Positions 40,561 through 50,022 of a stretch of 64,000 nucleotides of DNA are shown piece by piece. The notes under the pieces are model-generated. The model saw only the letters and a list, made by a program, of their open reading frames with translations, was not told the DNA's origin and made no database searches. This DNA is from Calditrichales bacterium (GTDB lineage: Bacteria > Calditrichota > Calditrichia > Calditrichales > J004): NCBI GenBank assembly GCA_965267575.1, contig OZ254086.1, forward strand, positions 3,296,001 to 3,360,000, written 5' to 3'. Numbering within the stretch: position 1 is the first letter of the stretch; each line of letters starts with the position of its first letter. The translations under genes were made by a program, and so were the position numbers.

Positions 40561-40734
40561 ATGGAGCACAAAAAAAAGGCTAAAGTTGTGAACAAAGCGA
40601 CCGGCAACGACCTTGAAAAACAAAAAATCGATTTAGTGAAATTGAGAATAAAAAACAGATTTTATGAGCGTGATGAAGTTTTTGAGCGTGTAGTAGAAGA
40701 AATTCTGAACCGCACAATAAAACCCAAAAATTAA
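40561..40734 (+). CDS. 57-aa FlgM-like anti-sigma-28 candidate (not in ORF track)
   Basis: SD GAGGTG; translates to MEHKKKAKVVNKATGNDLEKQKIDLVKLRIKNRFYERDEVFERVVEEILNRTIKPKN; resembles the FlgM C-terminal pattern KV..LK..I..G.Y.....(I/V)A..LL. Confidence 0.6.
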   Translation: MEHKKKAKVVNKATGNDLEKQKIDLVKLRIKNRFYERDEVFERVVEEILNRTIKPKN

Positions 40735-40816
40735 TTACTTAAAACCTTACCTCTTTTTAGAGCCTTCCTGGCAAACTTATTTTTATTATTGCCTTCCAGA
40801 ATTTCCTTTTTAAAAA

Positions 40817-40845
40817 TTGACAGAAATCACATTTTGAAGCATATT
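40817..40845 (+). promoter_or_regulatory. Putative sigma-70 promoter of the TonB-dependent receptor
   Basis: TTGACA-N17-CATATT. Confidence 0.5.
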
Positions 40846-40945
40846 TAATTGTAGGAAAGTTATGCAATTTCCACTTACGGAGAAACTGCATTTCATCCCG
40901 GGTATGTCGCTTTATTAATCAACAAACTTAACTCAGGAGGTCGTT

Positions 40946-43615
40946 GTGAACAGGCTCACTATGCTGATATTTATGCTTTTATTTCCAATAGCGCTCATTG
41001 CTGGTGACATTAAAGGTATCATTGTGGATATCGCCACTGGCGAACCGCTTGTTGGTGCCAACGTTACAATTGAAGGAACAAATAAAGGTGCCGCAACGGA
41101 CCAGGACGGCTATTTCATTATAAAAGATGTAGAGGCCGGTGACATGACGCTTTTAGTAAGCTATATCGGGTACCAGGATTTGCGCGAGGCCGTGACATTG
41201 GGCGAGCAGCAAGACCTGGTGCTGGATCTTCAAATGCGCTCATCTACATTTACAGGTGAAACGATAACGGTAGAAATTACCAGGGCCCAGGAACGCCGGA
41301 CACCCGTTACTTTTACCGAAGTAAACCGTGAAGAAATTCTTGATAATTATACCACTCAGGATGTGCCGGACCTTATTAAATCTATTCCCGGTGTATTCAC
41401 AACGTCGGCCGGGCTGGGCGAAAGCGAGATTTATATACGTGGATTCGATGCTGAGCATATTCAGGTGTTGATAAACGGTATCCCGGAAAACGATCCTGAA
41501 TCTCAGGTGGTTTATTGGTCCAACTGGTCAGGGCTATCGGGCAATGCAGCATCGGTGCAGGTGCAACGCGGTGTGGGTGCTTCCCTTGTAGGCTCGGGCT
41601 CCTTTGGCGGTTCGGTTAACATTCAAACGTCTCAGTACAGCCCGACTCCCATGTTGCGCGTGCGCGGTTCTGTGGTCAGCTATGCCACAGACGCCGATAA
41701 AAGTGCGGACGGCACAGGCGGTTTCGATACCTACAATCCCGCCAACCAGATGTTTGCCATTGAATATGCCACCGGCATGATGTACGACGGCAAGCTGAAT
41801 GTATACGCACGCTATGAACGCAAAGCAGGTGATTCTTATATCCGTAGCACGGATTACAACGGTCATTCCTTTTATCTGGGCATGCAAAGCATTCTTGGGG
41901 ATCACATTCTTACTTTTAACGCCCACGGTGCGCCGCAGCGCCACAACCAGGCCAATGCGATAATAGACCCTGACCTGATTTCGCGGTTAGGTCGTGAATA
42001 TAACCGTTATAATCATCCTTACCAGGAAAACTATTACTTCAAGCCACAATTTGAATTGCACCATGACTGGAAAATCTCGAATGAGCAGTTTCTGACTACT
42101 CGTGCCTTTGCGACTACTGGCAATGGCGGCGGCCGTTATTTACGCAATGATTTCTTTGATGTAGAAACGGGCGAAGTGACTTTTCAGCGAGTAGACGAAG
42201 CGAGAAGCTGGAACTCTTTTGGACGCCATGCCAAGTGGGCCTATGAACAGCAAGGAGTCGTCCTGACCGGATACGATCCAAACACGGAAATTTTTTCGTA
42301 CGGTGGTATAACAGATACCGTTACGAGTTCAGGACGGCAACTGACTTCCAGTCAGTTCGATCACTCATGGCGAAATGATTCGCAAAATGATCATATTCAG
42401 TTTGGTGGCAATACCGCTTACCAGCAGAAGCTTAGCGATATGTTCACCATAACCGTAGGTGGTGAAGCACGTTACTGGGAAGCTCGTCACCATGCCCAGT
42501 CTTTCGACTTCCGTTATTATGATCCGGCTATGGGGGGCGTCGGTATTCTCGATGAAGTTCAAAAGCGTTACGACTACGACGGGATTGTTACAAACCTCTC
42601 CGCTTTTGGTCGATTGCTGGTTAGCCCGATGGAAAATTTAACTTTTATGTTTGATGGTCAATATGCACGTTACAATTCGCGTGTTGAAGAGCGCGATATC
42701 CGCATTTTTGACTTCGGAGCGGGGCAATTCAGCGATGCTACCTACAAAGCTTCGGAAAGCACGAGCAATTTCAGCGATGATGATTATGAGCGGACGTTTA
42801 GCTTCTTTATGCCCAAGTTCGGCGTTAACTTCAACTTCAGCCAAAACCTCAACTTTTTTGCCAATTACAGTATCTCCAAAAAAGAACCTAAAGTCGGTGA
42901 TTGGTATGATCGCGACGGCGGAGGTCCGGGTGCTGAACAAATTGGCGGCAAAGAGCTGGATCCTGAGACATTGACGAACATAGAGTTTGGTGTAGGCTAT
43001 GCATCTTCCTTTATCGGAATACAGGCAAACGTGTATATGATGACATTTGAGGATAAGATTGCTGAAGTAGTTAACCAAAGTCGTGAGGAAGAGACCTTCA
43101 ACGCGGGAAATGCTGATCACATAGGCTTTGAATTGATGGCCAGGGGACGCGTGGATCGTTTAGACGGTATGTTATCTTTCAGCTATTCACAAAATGAATG
43201 GACTGACCTTGCGGTAACGGAGATCTTCGATCAGGATGCTTCGGCTGTTGAAGGCAAGCAGGTGCCTTTTGTGCCCGCCCTTATGCTGAACGCCGAGCTT
43301 GGCTACAATCTCGACAGAATGCGCTTTTATATTGGCGGTTATCACTGGGATGAGTATTATGGAGACTATCTCAATGAGAACAAGCTGGATGCGTTTCTTG
43401 AGATTAATGCGGGTATGAGCTATAACTTCAGAATCGGAACTTCTCGCGTTGACCTCAGTCTTGACCTGTATAATATTACAAATGAAGATAATTTCGCCAA
43501 GGCAGACTGGACACGTGATTTCAACAGAAGTGACGACCTGGCCGGACAATACATGCTTTACGTATTGCCGTCCCCCAAATTCCATACGGCTTTAACCGCA
43601 CAGATTACCTTGTAG
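40946..43615 (+). CDS. TonB-dependent receptor with N-terminal carboxypeptidase-regulatory-like domain
   Basis: Signal peptide; GEPLVGANV..GT.KGAATD.DG.F; plug IYIRGF...INGIP.ND; LDPETL.NIEFG; SD AGGAGG. Confidence 0.93.
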   Translation: MNRLTMLIFMLLFPIALIAGDIKGIIVDIATGEPLVGANVTIEGTNKGAATDQDGYFIIKDVEAGDMTLLVSYIGYQDLREAVTLGEQQDLVLDLQMRSSTFTGETITVEITRAQERRTPVTFTEVNREEILDNYTTQDVPDLIKSIPGVFTTSAGLGESEIYIRGFDAEHIQVLINGIPENDPESQVVYWSNWSGLSGNAASVQVQRGVGASLVGSGSFGGSVNIQTSQYSPTPMLRVRGSVVSYATDADKSADGTGGFDTYNPANQMFAIEYATGMMYDGKLNVYARYERKAGDSYIRSTDYNGHSFYLGMQSILGDHILTFNAHGAPQRHNQANAIIDPDLISRLGREYNRYNHPYQENYYFKPQFELHHDWKISNEQFLTTRAFATTGNGGGRYLRNDFFDVETGEVTFQRVDEARSWNSFGRHAKWAYEQQGVVLTGYDPNTEIFSYGGITDTVTSSGRQLTSSQFDHSWRNDSQNDHIQFGGNTAYQQKLSDMFTITVGGEARYWEARHHAQSFDFRYYDPAMGGVGILDEVQKRYDYDGIVTNLSAFGRLLVSPMENLTFMFDGQYARYNSRVEERDIRIFDFGAGQFSDATYKASESTSNFSDDDYERTFSFFMPKFGVNFNFSQNLNFFANYSISKKEPKVGDWYDRDGGGPGAEQIGGKELDPETLTNIEFGVGYASSFIGIQANVYMMTFEDKIAEVVNQSREEETFNAGNADHIGFELMARGRVDRLDGMLSFSYSQNEWTDLAVTEIFDQDASAVEGKQVPFVPALMLNAELGYNLDRMRFYIGGYHWDEYYGDYLNENKLDAFLEINAGMSYNFRIGTSRVDLSLDLYNITNEDNFAKADWTRDFNRSDDLAGQYMLYVLPSPKFHTALTAQITL

Positions 43616-43637
43616 ACATTAGCGGAATTGTTGCTAT

Positions 43638-43670
43638 AGGGAGAGCTTTTTCCGCTCTCCCTTTTTTATT
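43638..43670 (+). terminator. Rho-independent terminator
   Basis: AGGGAGAGC-loop-GCTCTCCCT plus T tract. Confidence 0.85.
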
Positions 43671-43737
43671 TCTTCAAAGATCACTTTCCTGCAAAAATTG
43701 AAAGTATTATATTAGTAACTTTACAAATTGGATTTAC

Positions 43738-44355
43738 ATGCGTTTTAACGTCGAAAACATTCATAAAACTTTTGGTTATTATCGCATTCTGAAAGGCGTT
43801 TCTTTCAGCGCGATGCCCGGAAAGAGCGTGGCCATTACGGGTCGTAACGGTGCCGGAAAAAGCACATTGCTGAAAATTTTGTGCGGTTTGTTGCGCGCAG
43901 ACAAGGGTCATGTGGCGCTTTCCCTGGAAGGGAAAAAAGACGTTGAAAGCCGTTATCTTTATCGCTATTTCGGGTTGGTTTCGCCTTACCTTCAGCTTTA
44001 TGAAGAGCTTACGGCGATAGAGAATCTGCGTTTTGCGGCGGACCTGCGCGGGCTGAAGAGCACCAACCAGGAGTTTTTTAATTTGCTGGAAATGGTCGGC
44101 CTTCAAAAAAGGGGCGATGACGCCGTAAAAACTTATTCTTCAGGTATGAAGCAAAGACTTAAATATGCGTTCGCCTACCAGGGCAACCCACCTTTACTGT
44201 TTCTGGATGAACCGACATCAAATCTGGATAAAGACGGCGTTGGGCGTGTTTACAATCTTATGAAAGAATATAAAAAAGAACATATACTGGTATTCGCCAC
44301 CAATGACGAACCCGATCTGCAGTGGGCGGACGAGATTGTGGATTTAAATGTTTAG
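43738..44355 (+). CDS. ccmA: Heme exporter ATP-binding subunit
   Basis: GRNGAGKST, YSSGMKQR, LDEP; first gene of ccm cluster. Confidence 0.85.
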   Translation: MRFNVENIHKTFGYYRILKGVSFSAMPGKSVAITGRNGAGKSTLLKILCGLLRADKGHVALSLEGKKDVESRYLYRYFGLVSPYLQLYEELTAIENLRFAADLRGLKSTNQEFFNLLEMVGLQKRGDDAVKTYSSGMKQRLKYAFAYQGNPPLLFLDEPTSNLDKDGVGRVYNLMKEYKKEHILVFATNDEPDLQWADEIVDLNV

Positions 44356-45007
44356 GGTTTGGACTGTCCTGTTAAAAGATATGCGCCAGGAGTGGCGTTC
44401 GCGGGCGGCTATGAACGCAATCCTGCTATTTGCCGTGGTCAGCCTTAGTGCCGTTTCTTTTTCCGTTGGCGCTTTTAGCCTTAATGAAGATACCATGGCC
44501 GCGTTGTTGTGGATCGTGATTCTTTTTTCTTCCTTGTCCGGTTTTGCCCATGTTTTTCTGAAAGAGGAAGAGGCTCATACGGCCGATACGCTCAAACTGC
44601 TTGCTTCGCCCAATGAGATTTTTATGGGCAAGTTTTTGTTTAATTTTCTATTGCTGCTTGTCCTGGTTACGATAATCGTCCCTTTATTTGTGGCGCTGTT
44701 TAATGTGCCCGTCAAAAGTGTGGAACTTTTTATGGCGCTGGTCGTGCTTGGAGCGTTTGGTTTATCCGTAGGCGGAACGATCGTTGCTGCTATAATAGCC
44801 AAAGCATCTTCACGCGGTGCTTTGTTCAGTGTTTTGGCTTTTCCGATTTTGTTGCCGGTGGTTGTTTTTGGAATCAGCGGCACACGTGTTGCTTTTAAAA
44901 TTGAAGATGCAGCGTTGTTTGGTGACGAGATAAAAGTACTTATTGCTTATGGTGTTATTTTAACGACAGCTTCGATAATGCTTTTTGAATATATCTGGAA
45001 TGATTAA
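44348..45007 (+). CDS. ccmB: Heme exporter permease
   Basis: KDMRQEWRSR, multi-TM, LAFPILLPV. Confidence 0.88.
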   Translation: MFRVWTVLLKDMRQEWRSRAAMNAILLFAVVSLSAVSFSVGAFSLNEDTMAALLWIVILFSSLSGFAHVFLKEEEAHTADTLKLLASPNEIFMGKFLFNFLLLLVLVTIIVPLFVALFNVPVKSVELFMALVVLGAFGLSVGGTIVAAIIAKASSRGALFSVLAFPILLPVVVFGISGTRVAFKIEDAALFGDEIKVLIAYGVILTTASIMLFEYIWND

Positions 45008-45035
45008 ATCCTTTAACTGTGTTTAGAGTGATAAT

Positions 45036-45710
45036 ATGAATAAAGCTTTCTTAGAAAAGGCAGGGCAGGCTATACTGATCGTCTTGCTGCTGCTTGTTAT
45101 TTTGGGCGCTTACTTGTGGGCACCATTAGCAAAAGGTCTGGGCCAGTACACGCGGGTGCTCTATTTTCATGTTCCTGTCGCCTGGATTACCGTTGTCGCT
45201 TTTTTTGTTGCAGCCTGGTACAGTTTTTTGTATCTGCGCCGGCGGGACATCAGGTATGATCTTTATGCCGAAGCGGCCAACCAGCTTGGCATTCTTTTTT
45301 GTGTACTGGCAACCGTCACAGGTGCCTTCTGGGCCAAAGCCAGCTGGGGCGCTTACTGGAACTGGGATCCCCGACAGACGTCGATTTTCATCCTTTTGCT
45401 GATATATGCCGCCTATTTTGCCCTGCGTTCTGCCGTGGAGCAGGATGATGTTCGTGCCCGTTTGTCGGCGGTTTATTCGCTGCTGGCCTTTGTAACCGTA
45501 CCGTTTTTTATCTTTATAGTGCCCCGTTTATATGAATCTTTACATCCGGACCCATTGATTAATCCCGAAGCAAAGCTTAAAATGGACACTCGAATGTTTA
45601 CCGTATTCATGACATCGCTGGGTGCTTTTACGATTATATTTTTCTGGATGTTATCGCTTAAGAAGAGCATTATGAAAATGATTTACACCATTCGAAAAAT
45701 GGAGAATTAA
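45036..45710 (+). CDS. ccmC: Cytochrome c biogenesis protein CcmC
   Basis: YFHVPVAW, WWD motif WGAYWNWDPRQTS, LHP. Confidence 0.93.
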   Translation: MNKAFLEKAGQAILIVLLLLVILGAYLWAPLAKGLGQYTRVLYFHVPVAWITVVAFFVAAWYSFLYLRRRDIRYDLYAEAANQLGILFCVLATVTGAFWAKASWGAYWNWDPRQTSIFILLLIYAAYFALRSAVEQDDVRARLSAVYSLLAFVTVPFFIFIVPRLYESLHPDPLINPEAKLKMDTRMFTVFMTSLGAFTIIFFWMLSLKKSIMKMIYTIRKMEN

Positions 45711-45857
45711 ATGTCCGATATCTACGTTGTACTTGGAATAAATCTTATTGTCTGGGCTGGCGTGATGGGCTATATGATGTACCTGCACAATAAAGTGCGC
45801 CATTTGAAACATATCATGAAACAAAAAAATATAACCGAAACTGAACAGTCGGAATAA
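45711..45857 (+). CDS. ccmD: CcmD-like small membrane protein (48 aa, not in ORF track)
   Basis: MSDIYVVLGINLIVWAGVMGYMMYLHNKVRHLK...; single TM plus basic tail between ccmC and ccmE; SD GGAG. Confidence 0.78.
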   Translation: MSDIYVVLGINLIVWAGVMGYMMYLHNKVRHLKHIMKQKNITETEQSE

Positions 45858-45873
45858 TCCCCGGAGTATCATT

Positions 45874-46245
45874 ATGAAGATAAAGTATATCGTCGGCGCA
45901 GTAGTAATTATCGCTTTTGCGATTTATGCTGCTACATCTTTTCAATCTTCCATCACACCATACGTGTCGATTGAAGAAGCTGTCAGCTCAGGCGAAACCG
46001 TCCAGGTAAAAGGCCAACGCGTGGACAGCGGTAATTTCGATATGCAGAAGAACATGTTCACCTTTACCCTCAAGGATGAGAAGGGCAAAACCATCAATGT
46101 AATTTACGATGGTCCCAAGCCGGGTAATTTTGACCAGGCCACGGAGATCGTTTGCATTGGTGAATATAAGGGCGGTGAATTTCACGCCAAGAATATTCTG
46201 GTTAAATGTCCGTCCAAGTATCAGGAAGAAGGTGCAAAAGTATGA
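45874..46245 (+). CDS. ccmE: Heme chaperone CcmE (CxxxY type)
   Basis: N-terminal anchor, V.Y.G.KP.NF, LVKCPSKY. Confidence 0.92.
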   Translation: MKIKYIVGAVVIIAFAIYAATSFQSSITPYVSIEEAVSSGETVQVKGQRVDSGNFDMQKNMFTFTLKDEKGKTINVIYDGPKPGNFDQATEIVCIGEYKGGEFHAKNILVKCPSKYQEEGAKV

Positions 46246-48470
46246 TTTTAGGCATCACGTTAACCTCGCTAACATTTGTTGCTTTAATTCTTACAATCAC
46301 GGCCTATTACCTCTACCACCGGCGTCAGGAAGATTCCATGATCCGGCTGGCCAGGATGGGCTTTTACTCTTCAGTAGGGCTGATTGTTGTACAGGTGGCT
46401 ATGCTTCTATGGGGCATCATCACGCACCGTTTTGAGTGGATATATGTCTTTTCCTACTCCTCGCGTGACCTGCCGCTTCACTATCTTATTGCCACATTCT
46501 GGGCCGGGCAGGAGGGTACATTCCTGCTGTGGCTGCTTTTTGGCTCTATCTTTGGCATAGTTATTATTCGTTCCCGTAAAGATGATGAGCCCCTGGCTAT
46601 GAGCTTTATGAGTATGATCCAGGCGTTTATCGTTCTTATCCTGATTAAAAAGAATCCATTTTCCTACGTCTGGCAGATCAACCCGCAGGCATTCCAGGCG
46701 GGTGGCGTTCCTTTTGACGGAAGCGGCCTGAACCCGCTCTTGCAGGACCCCTGGATGACTATACATCCGCCAATATTGTTTGCCGGCTATTCATCCACGA
46801 TGATTCTGTTTTCCTTTGCCATGGCGGCGTTGGTGCGCCAGCAATATGACAACTGGATTCGCAGCGTCTATCCGTTTGCGCTTTTTGTGGCACTAACCCT
46901 GGGAACGGGCATTATTCTTGGCGGCTACTGGGCATATACCACTTTAGGCTGGGGCGGCTACTGGGCCTGGGACCCTGTGGAAAACAGCTCGCTTATCCCC
47001 TGGCTAATGTCGCTGGCCTTGTTCCACGGTATAATGGTTCAGCGTCGGCAGGGCGGAATGAAACGCACCAACCTGATGCTTGCCATCGGCTCGTTTTTCA
47101 TGGTGCTGTACGGCAGTTTTCTAACACGTAGCGGCATTCTGACGGATTTCTCCGTCCACTCGTTCTCGGAGTCAACTATCTCCCCCTACCTGATCGGATT
47201 TATGTTTCTGTTTGGCGGAATCGGCTTAATCGCTTTTCTGTACCGCATGCCGCGCTTTAAGGGAGAGCATATCGATAACGGATTTTTTACCCGTGAATCG
47301 TTTATGGCTTTTGGTATTTTGCTGCTGTTGATCCTTGCCGCGTTTACGTTTGTCGGCACGAGCTGGCCACTGTTTTCACAGATTTTCGGTGACCAGGCAG
47401 ACGCCGTGAGCATTGAAGCATACAACAAATTCGGTGGCCCGATTGCCATACTGCTTGGCTTTATGATCGCCATTGCACCCGTATTCAGCTGGAAGCGTGA
47501 AAGTCTCGATAAGCTGAAAAGCATCGCCCTGCATTCGGCCTTAAGCTTGGTCCTTGGCGTTCTGGCATTTATGGCCGGTATCCGCGGCGTTATCCCGTTG
47601 CTGATTACGGTAATGGCCATTTTTATTTTGCTGATCAACGGCGAGATCGTTCTGCGCATGATACGCCAGAAAAATTTCTCTTTTGGGGGATACCTGGCAC
47701 ACGTTGGTGTGGGACTAATGCTTATCGGTATTGTGACATCCTCGTTTTACGATACATCCACAAAGATAACTTTGCCGCGGGATGTAAATACCAGCATCAT
47801 GGGTTATGAACTTCGCTATGGCGGAAAAGAAGATTCACCGGATGGCAAAGATAAGGTTCTGATTACCATTAACAACACGGATGAAACCTACGCCAAATTC
47901 TACTGGAGCGATTACAGCCAGGCTTACATGGTGGCGCCGTCGGTTAAGAATATGCTGGTGCAGGATCTTTACATTTCTCCGATCCAGATCATTCCAGCTT
48001 CCGATAACAGCGGACCCGCCGATGAGGTCAATCTTAACAAAGGCGAACGTCAGGCCTTTGAAGATTACTACCTGCTTCTGGATGGCTATGATATGGGCTC
48101 GCATGAAGAGCAGGCTTCCGGTGCAATGAAGATTTATGCGCGGGTAAAAGTGTTTGATGCGCAAGGCCAGGAACTCGGCGAGATTCGTCCCGGATTGGGC
48201 GTGCAGGGCAGGAGCCGGGAAACTTATCCGGACGTTATTCCGGGCACGCAGCGCAAAGTACACATTAAAGGCGTTGCCGTGGAACAGCAGCAGCTTATTC
48301 TTGGCATAAGCCGTTCCGGGGTTAGCAACAATCCCTACGAAGGAAAAGAGCTGCTCGCGGTAGAGGTTTCTATCAAGCCGCTTATCAACGTACTGTGGCT
48401 TGGCACTTTGGTTATGATTGGCGGCTTTATCGCTACCATTTTTAACCGTACCAATCGAAAAAAGCTTTAA
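46242..48470 (+). CDS. ccmF: Cytochrome c heme lyase CcmF
   Basis: FWAGQEG, LNPLLQ..WMTIHPP, WGGYWAWDPVEN, SVHSF, KPLINVLW. Confidence 0.95.
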   Translation: MILGITLTSLTFVALILTITAYYLYHRRQEDSMIRLARMGFYSSVGLIVVQVAMLLWGIITHRFEWIYVFSYSSRDLPLHYLIATFWAGQEGTFLLWLLFGSIFGIVIIRSRKDDEPLAMSFMSMIQAFIVLILIKKNPFSYVWQINPQAFQAGGVPFDGSGLNPLLQDPWMTIHPPILFAGYSSTMILFSFAMAALVRQQYDNWIRSVYPFALFVALTLGTGIILGGYWAYTTLGWGGYWAWDPVENSSLIPWLMSLALFHGIMVQRRQGGMKRTNLMLAIGSFFMVLYGSFLTRSGILTDFSVHSFSESTISPYLIGFMFLFGGIGLIAFLYRMPRFKGEHIDNGFFTRESFMAFGILLLLILAAFTFVGTSWPLFSQIFGDQADAVSIEAYNKFGGPIAILLGFMIAIAPVFSWKRESLDKLKSIALHSALSLVLGVLAFMAGIRGVIPLLITVMAIFILLINGEIVLRMIRQKNFSFGGYLAHVGVGLMLIGIVTSSFYDTSTKITLPRDVNTSIMGYELRYGGKEDSPDGKDKVLITINNTDETYAKFYWSDYSQAYMVAPSVKNMLVQDLYISPIQIIPASDNSGPADEVNLNKGERQAFEDYYLLLDGYDMGSHEEQASGAMKIYARVKVFDAQGQELGEIRPGLGVQGRSRETYPDVIPGTQRKVHIKGVAVEQQQLILGISRSGVSNNPYEGKELLAVEVSIKPLINVLWLGTLVMIGGFIATIFNRTNRKKL

Positions 48471-48485
48471 CCGCAAATAAAGTTT

Positions 48486-48522
48486 AAAGGGCCGCTCAAA
48501 CATTTGTGCGGCCTTTTTTTTT
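48486..48522 (+). terminator. Rho-independent terminator
   Basis: GGCCGC...GCGGCC stem followed by 9 T. Confidence 0.8.
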
Positions 48523-48536
48523 GCATGTCGCTCATG

Positions 48537-48565
48537 TTGAAATACCTCATACAAAGCGGTAAATT
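48537..48565 (+). promoter_or_regulatory. Putative sigma-70 promoter of the truA gene run
   Basis: TTGAAA-N17-TAAATT. Confidence 0.55.
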
Positions 48566-48599
48566 AAAAACTTGTTTTTTTGAAATAATGGTTCTGTGA

Positions 48600-49334
48600 A
48601 TGCCCAGAATAAAACTGATTCTCGAATACGACGGAACGCCATTCGCAGGCTGGCAGTGGCAGGATAATGCCAGAAGCATTCAGGGGGAATTGGAAAAGGC
48701 ACTTAAAACGGTATTGCGCCGTGAAATGCGCGTTACCGCTTCGGGGAGAACCGACGCGGGGGTGCATGCCCGCAATCAGGTTGCGCATTGCGATATTGAA
48801 GAAAAGACAGACCTTTTCAGGGTACAGTCATCGCTCAATGCTCTGCTTCCTGATGAAATAGCCGTAAAAGACATTTCTTATTGCGCAGATGATTTCAATG
48901 CCCGGTTTGATGCAAAAAAGCGACTTTACAGATATTATATTACAAAAACTCCAACGGCTCTAAATAAGCGTTTTAGCTGGTACCTGAATTATTCGTTCAA
49001 TTATACGCTGATGCAGGACGGTGCGGAGATTATTGCTTCTGCAACGGACTTCAAAAGCTTTTGCAAGACCGGTTCTAATAATACACATTACCGATGTGTG
49101 ATTTTCAATGCCGGATGGCGCAAAGACGCGAGAACGGGCATGTGGTTTTTTGAGATCAAAGCCAACCGCTTTTTGTACGGGATGGTGCGCGCCCTCGTTG
49201 GTACGCTGGTCGAACTGGGCAGGGGACGCATTGGTATAGACGATTTAAAGTATTTAATTGAAGCGCGTGACAGAACAAAGGTGCCTTTTACAGCACCCGC
49301 ACGCGGACTTTTTTTGGAAGAAATAACATATTAA
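48600..49334 (+). CDS. truA: tRNA pseudouridine(38-40) synthase
   Basis: [33 protein letters not shown]. Confidence 0.97.
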   Translation: MPRIKLILEYDGTPFAGWQWQDNARSIQGELEKALKTVLRREMRVTASGRTDAGVHARNQVAHCDIEEKTDLFRVQSSLNALLPDEIAVKDISYCADDFNARFDAKKRLYRYYITKTPTALNKRFSWYLNYSFNYTLMQDGAEIIASATDFKSFCKTGSNNTHYRCVIFNAGWRKDARTGMWFFEIKANRFLYGMVRALVGTLVELGRGRIGIDDLKYLIEARDRTKVPFTAPARGLFLEEITY

Positions 49335-49360
49335 GAAAGAAAACAACCAAGGAGTATCAG

Positions 49361-50008
49361 ATGAAATTTTTTATCGACACGGCCAATCTGGACCAGATTA
49401 AGGAAGCCGCCAGCATAGGTGTGCTGGATGGTGTAACGACTAATCCCAGTCTTATTGCCAAAGAAAAAGGCAAGCCGGAAGAGATTTACCGCCAGATCTG
49501 CGAAGTTGTAGACGGACCGGTGAATGCTGAAGTTGTGGCTCTGGACGCGGAAGGAATGATTCGTGAAGGACGTGAACTGGCCAAGATCCATGATAACATT
49601 GTTGTAAAAGTACCAATGACCAAAGACGGCCTGAAAGCTGTAAAGACATTCGCCGCAGAGGGTACACGCACTAATGTGACGCTCGTTTTTTCACCCGTTC
49701 AGGCATTGCTTGCGGCACGCGCCGGCGCCAGCTTTGTATCGCCTTTTGTGGGCCGGCTGGACGATATCTCCACCCCGGGAATGGAATTGATTGGTCAGAT
49801 CGTACAGATATTCAATAATTACGCGTTGGATACCGAAGTGCTTGTGGCCAGTGTTCGTCACCCGCTGCATGTTGTAGATGCGGCCATGATGGGTGCCGAT
49901 ATCGCAACCATACCGTTTAAGGTCATCGAACAGTTGCTTAAACACCCGCTTACCGATATTGGTATTGAGCGTTTCCTGAGCGATTACAATAAAGTTTTTG
50001 GTAAGTAA
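49361..50008 (+). CDS. fsa: Fructose-6-phosphate aldolase / short transaldolase
   Basis: [36 protein letters not shown]. Confidence 0.93.
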   Translation: MKFFIDTANLDQIKEAASIGVLDGVTTNPSLIAKEKGKPEEIYRQICEVVDGPVNAEVVALDAEGMIREGRELAKIHDNIVVKVPMTKDGLKAVKTFAAEGTRTNVTLVFSPVQALLAARAGASFVSPFVGRLDDISTPGMELIGQIVQIFNNYALDTEVLVASVRHPLHVVDAAMMGADIATIPFKVIEQLLKHPLTDIGIERFLSDYNKVFGK

Positions 50009-50022
50009 CTACGGATTATAAT

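Noticed and set aside
40846..40945. TPP or cobalamin riboswitch upstream of the TonB-dependent receptor
   Set aside because: Only a small imperfect hairpin (ATGCA...TGCAT) is present; hallmark TPP (CTGAGA, CCTGA) and B12-box sequences are not evident, and the leader is short.
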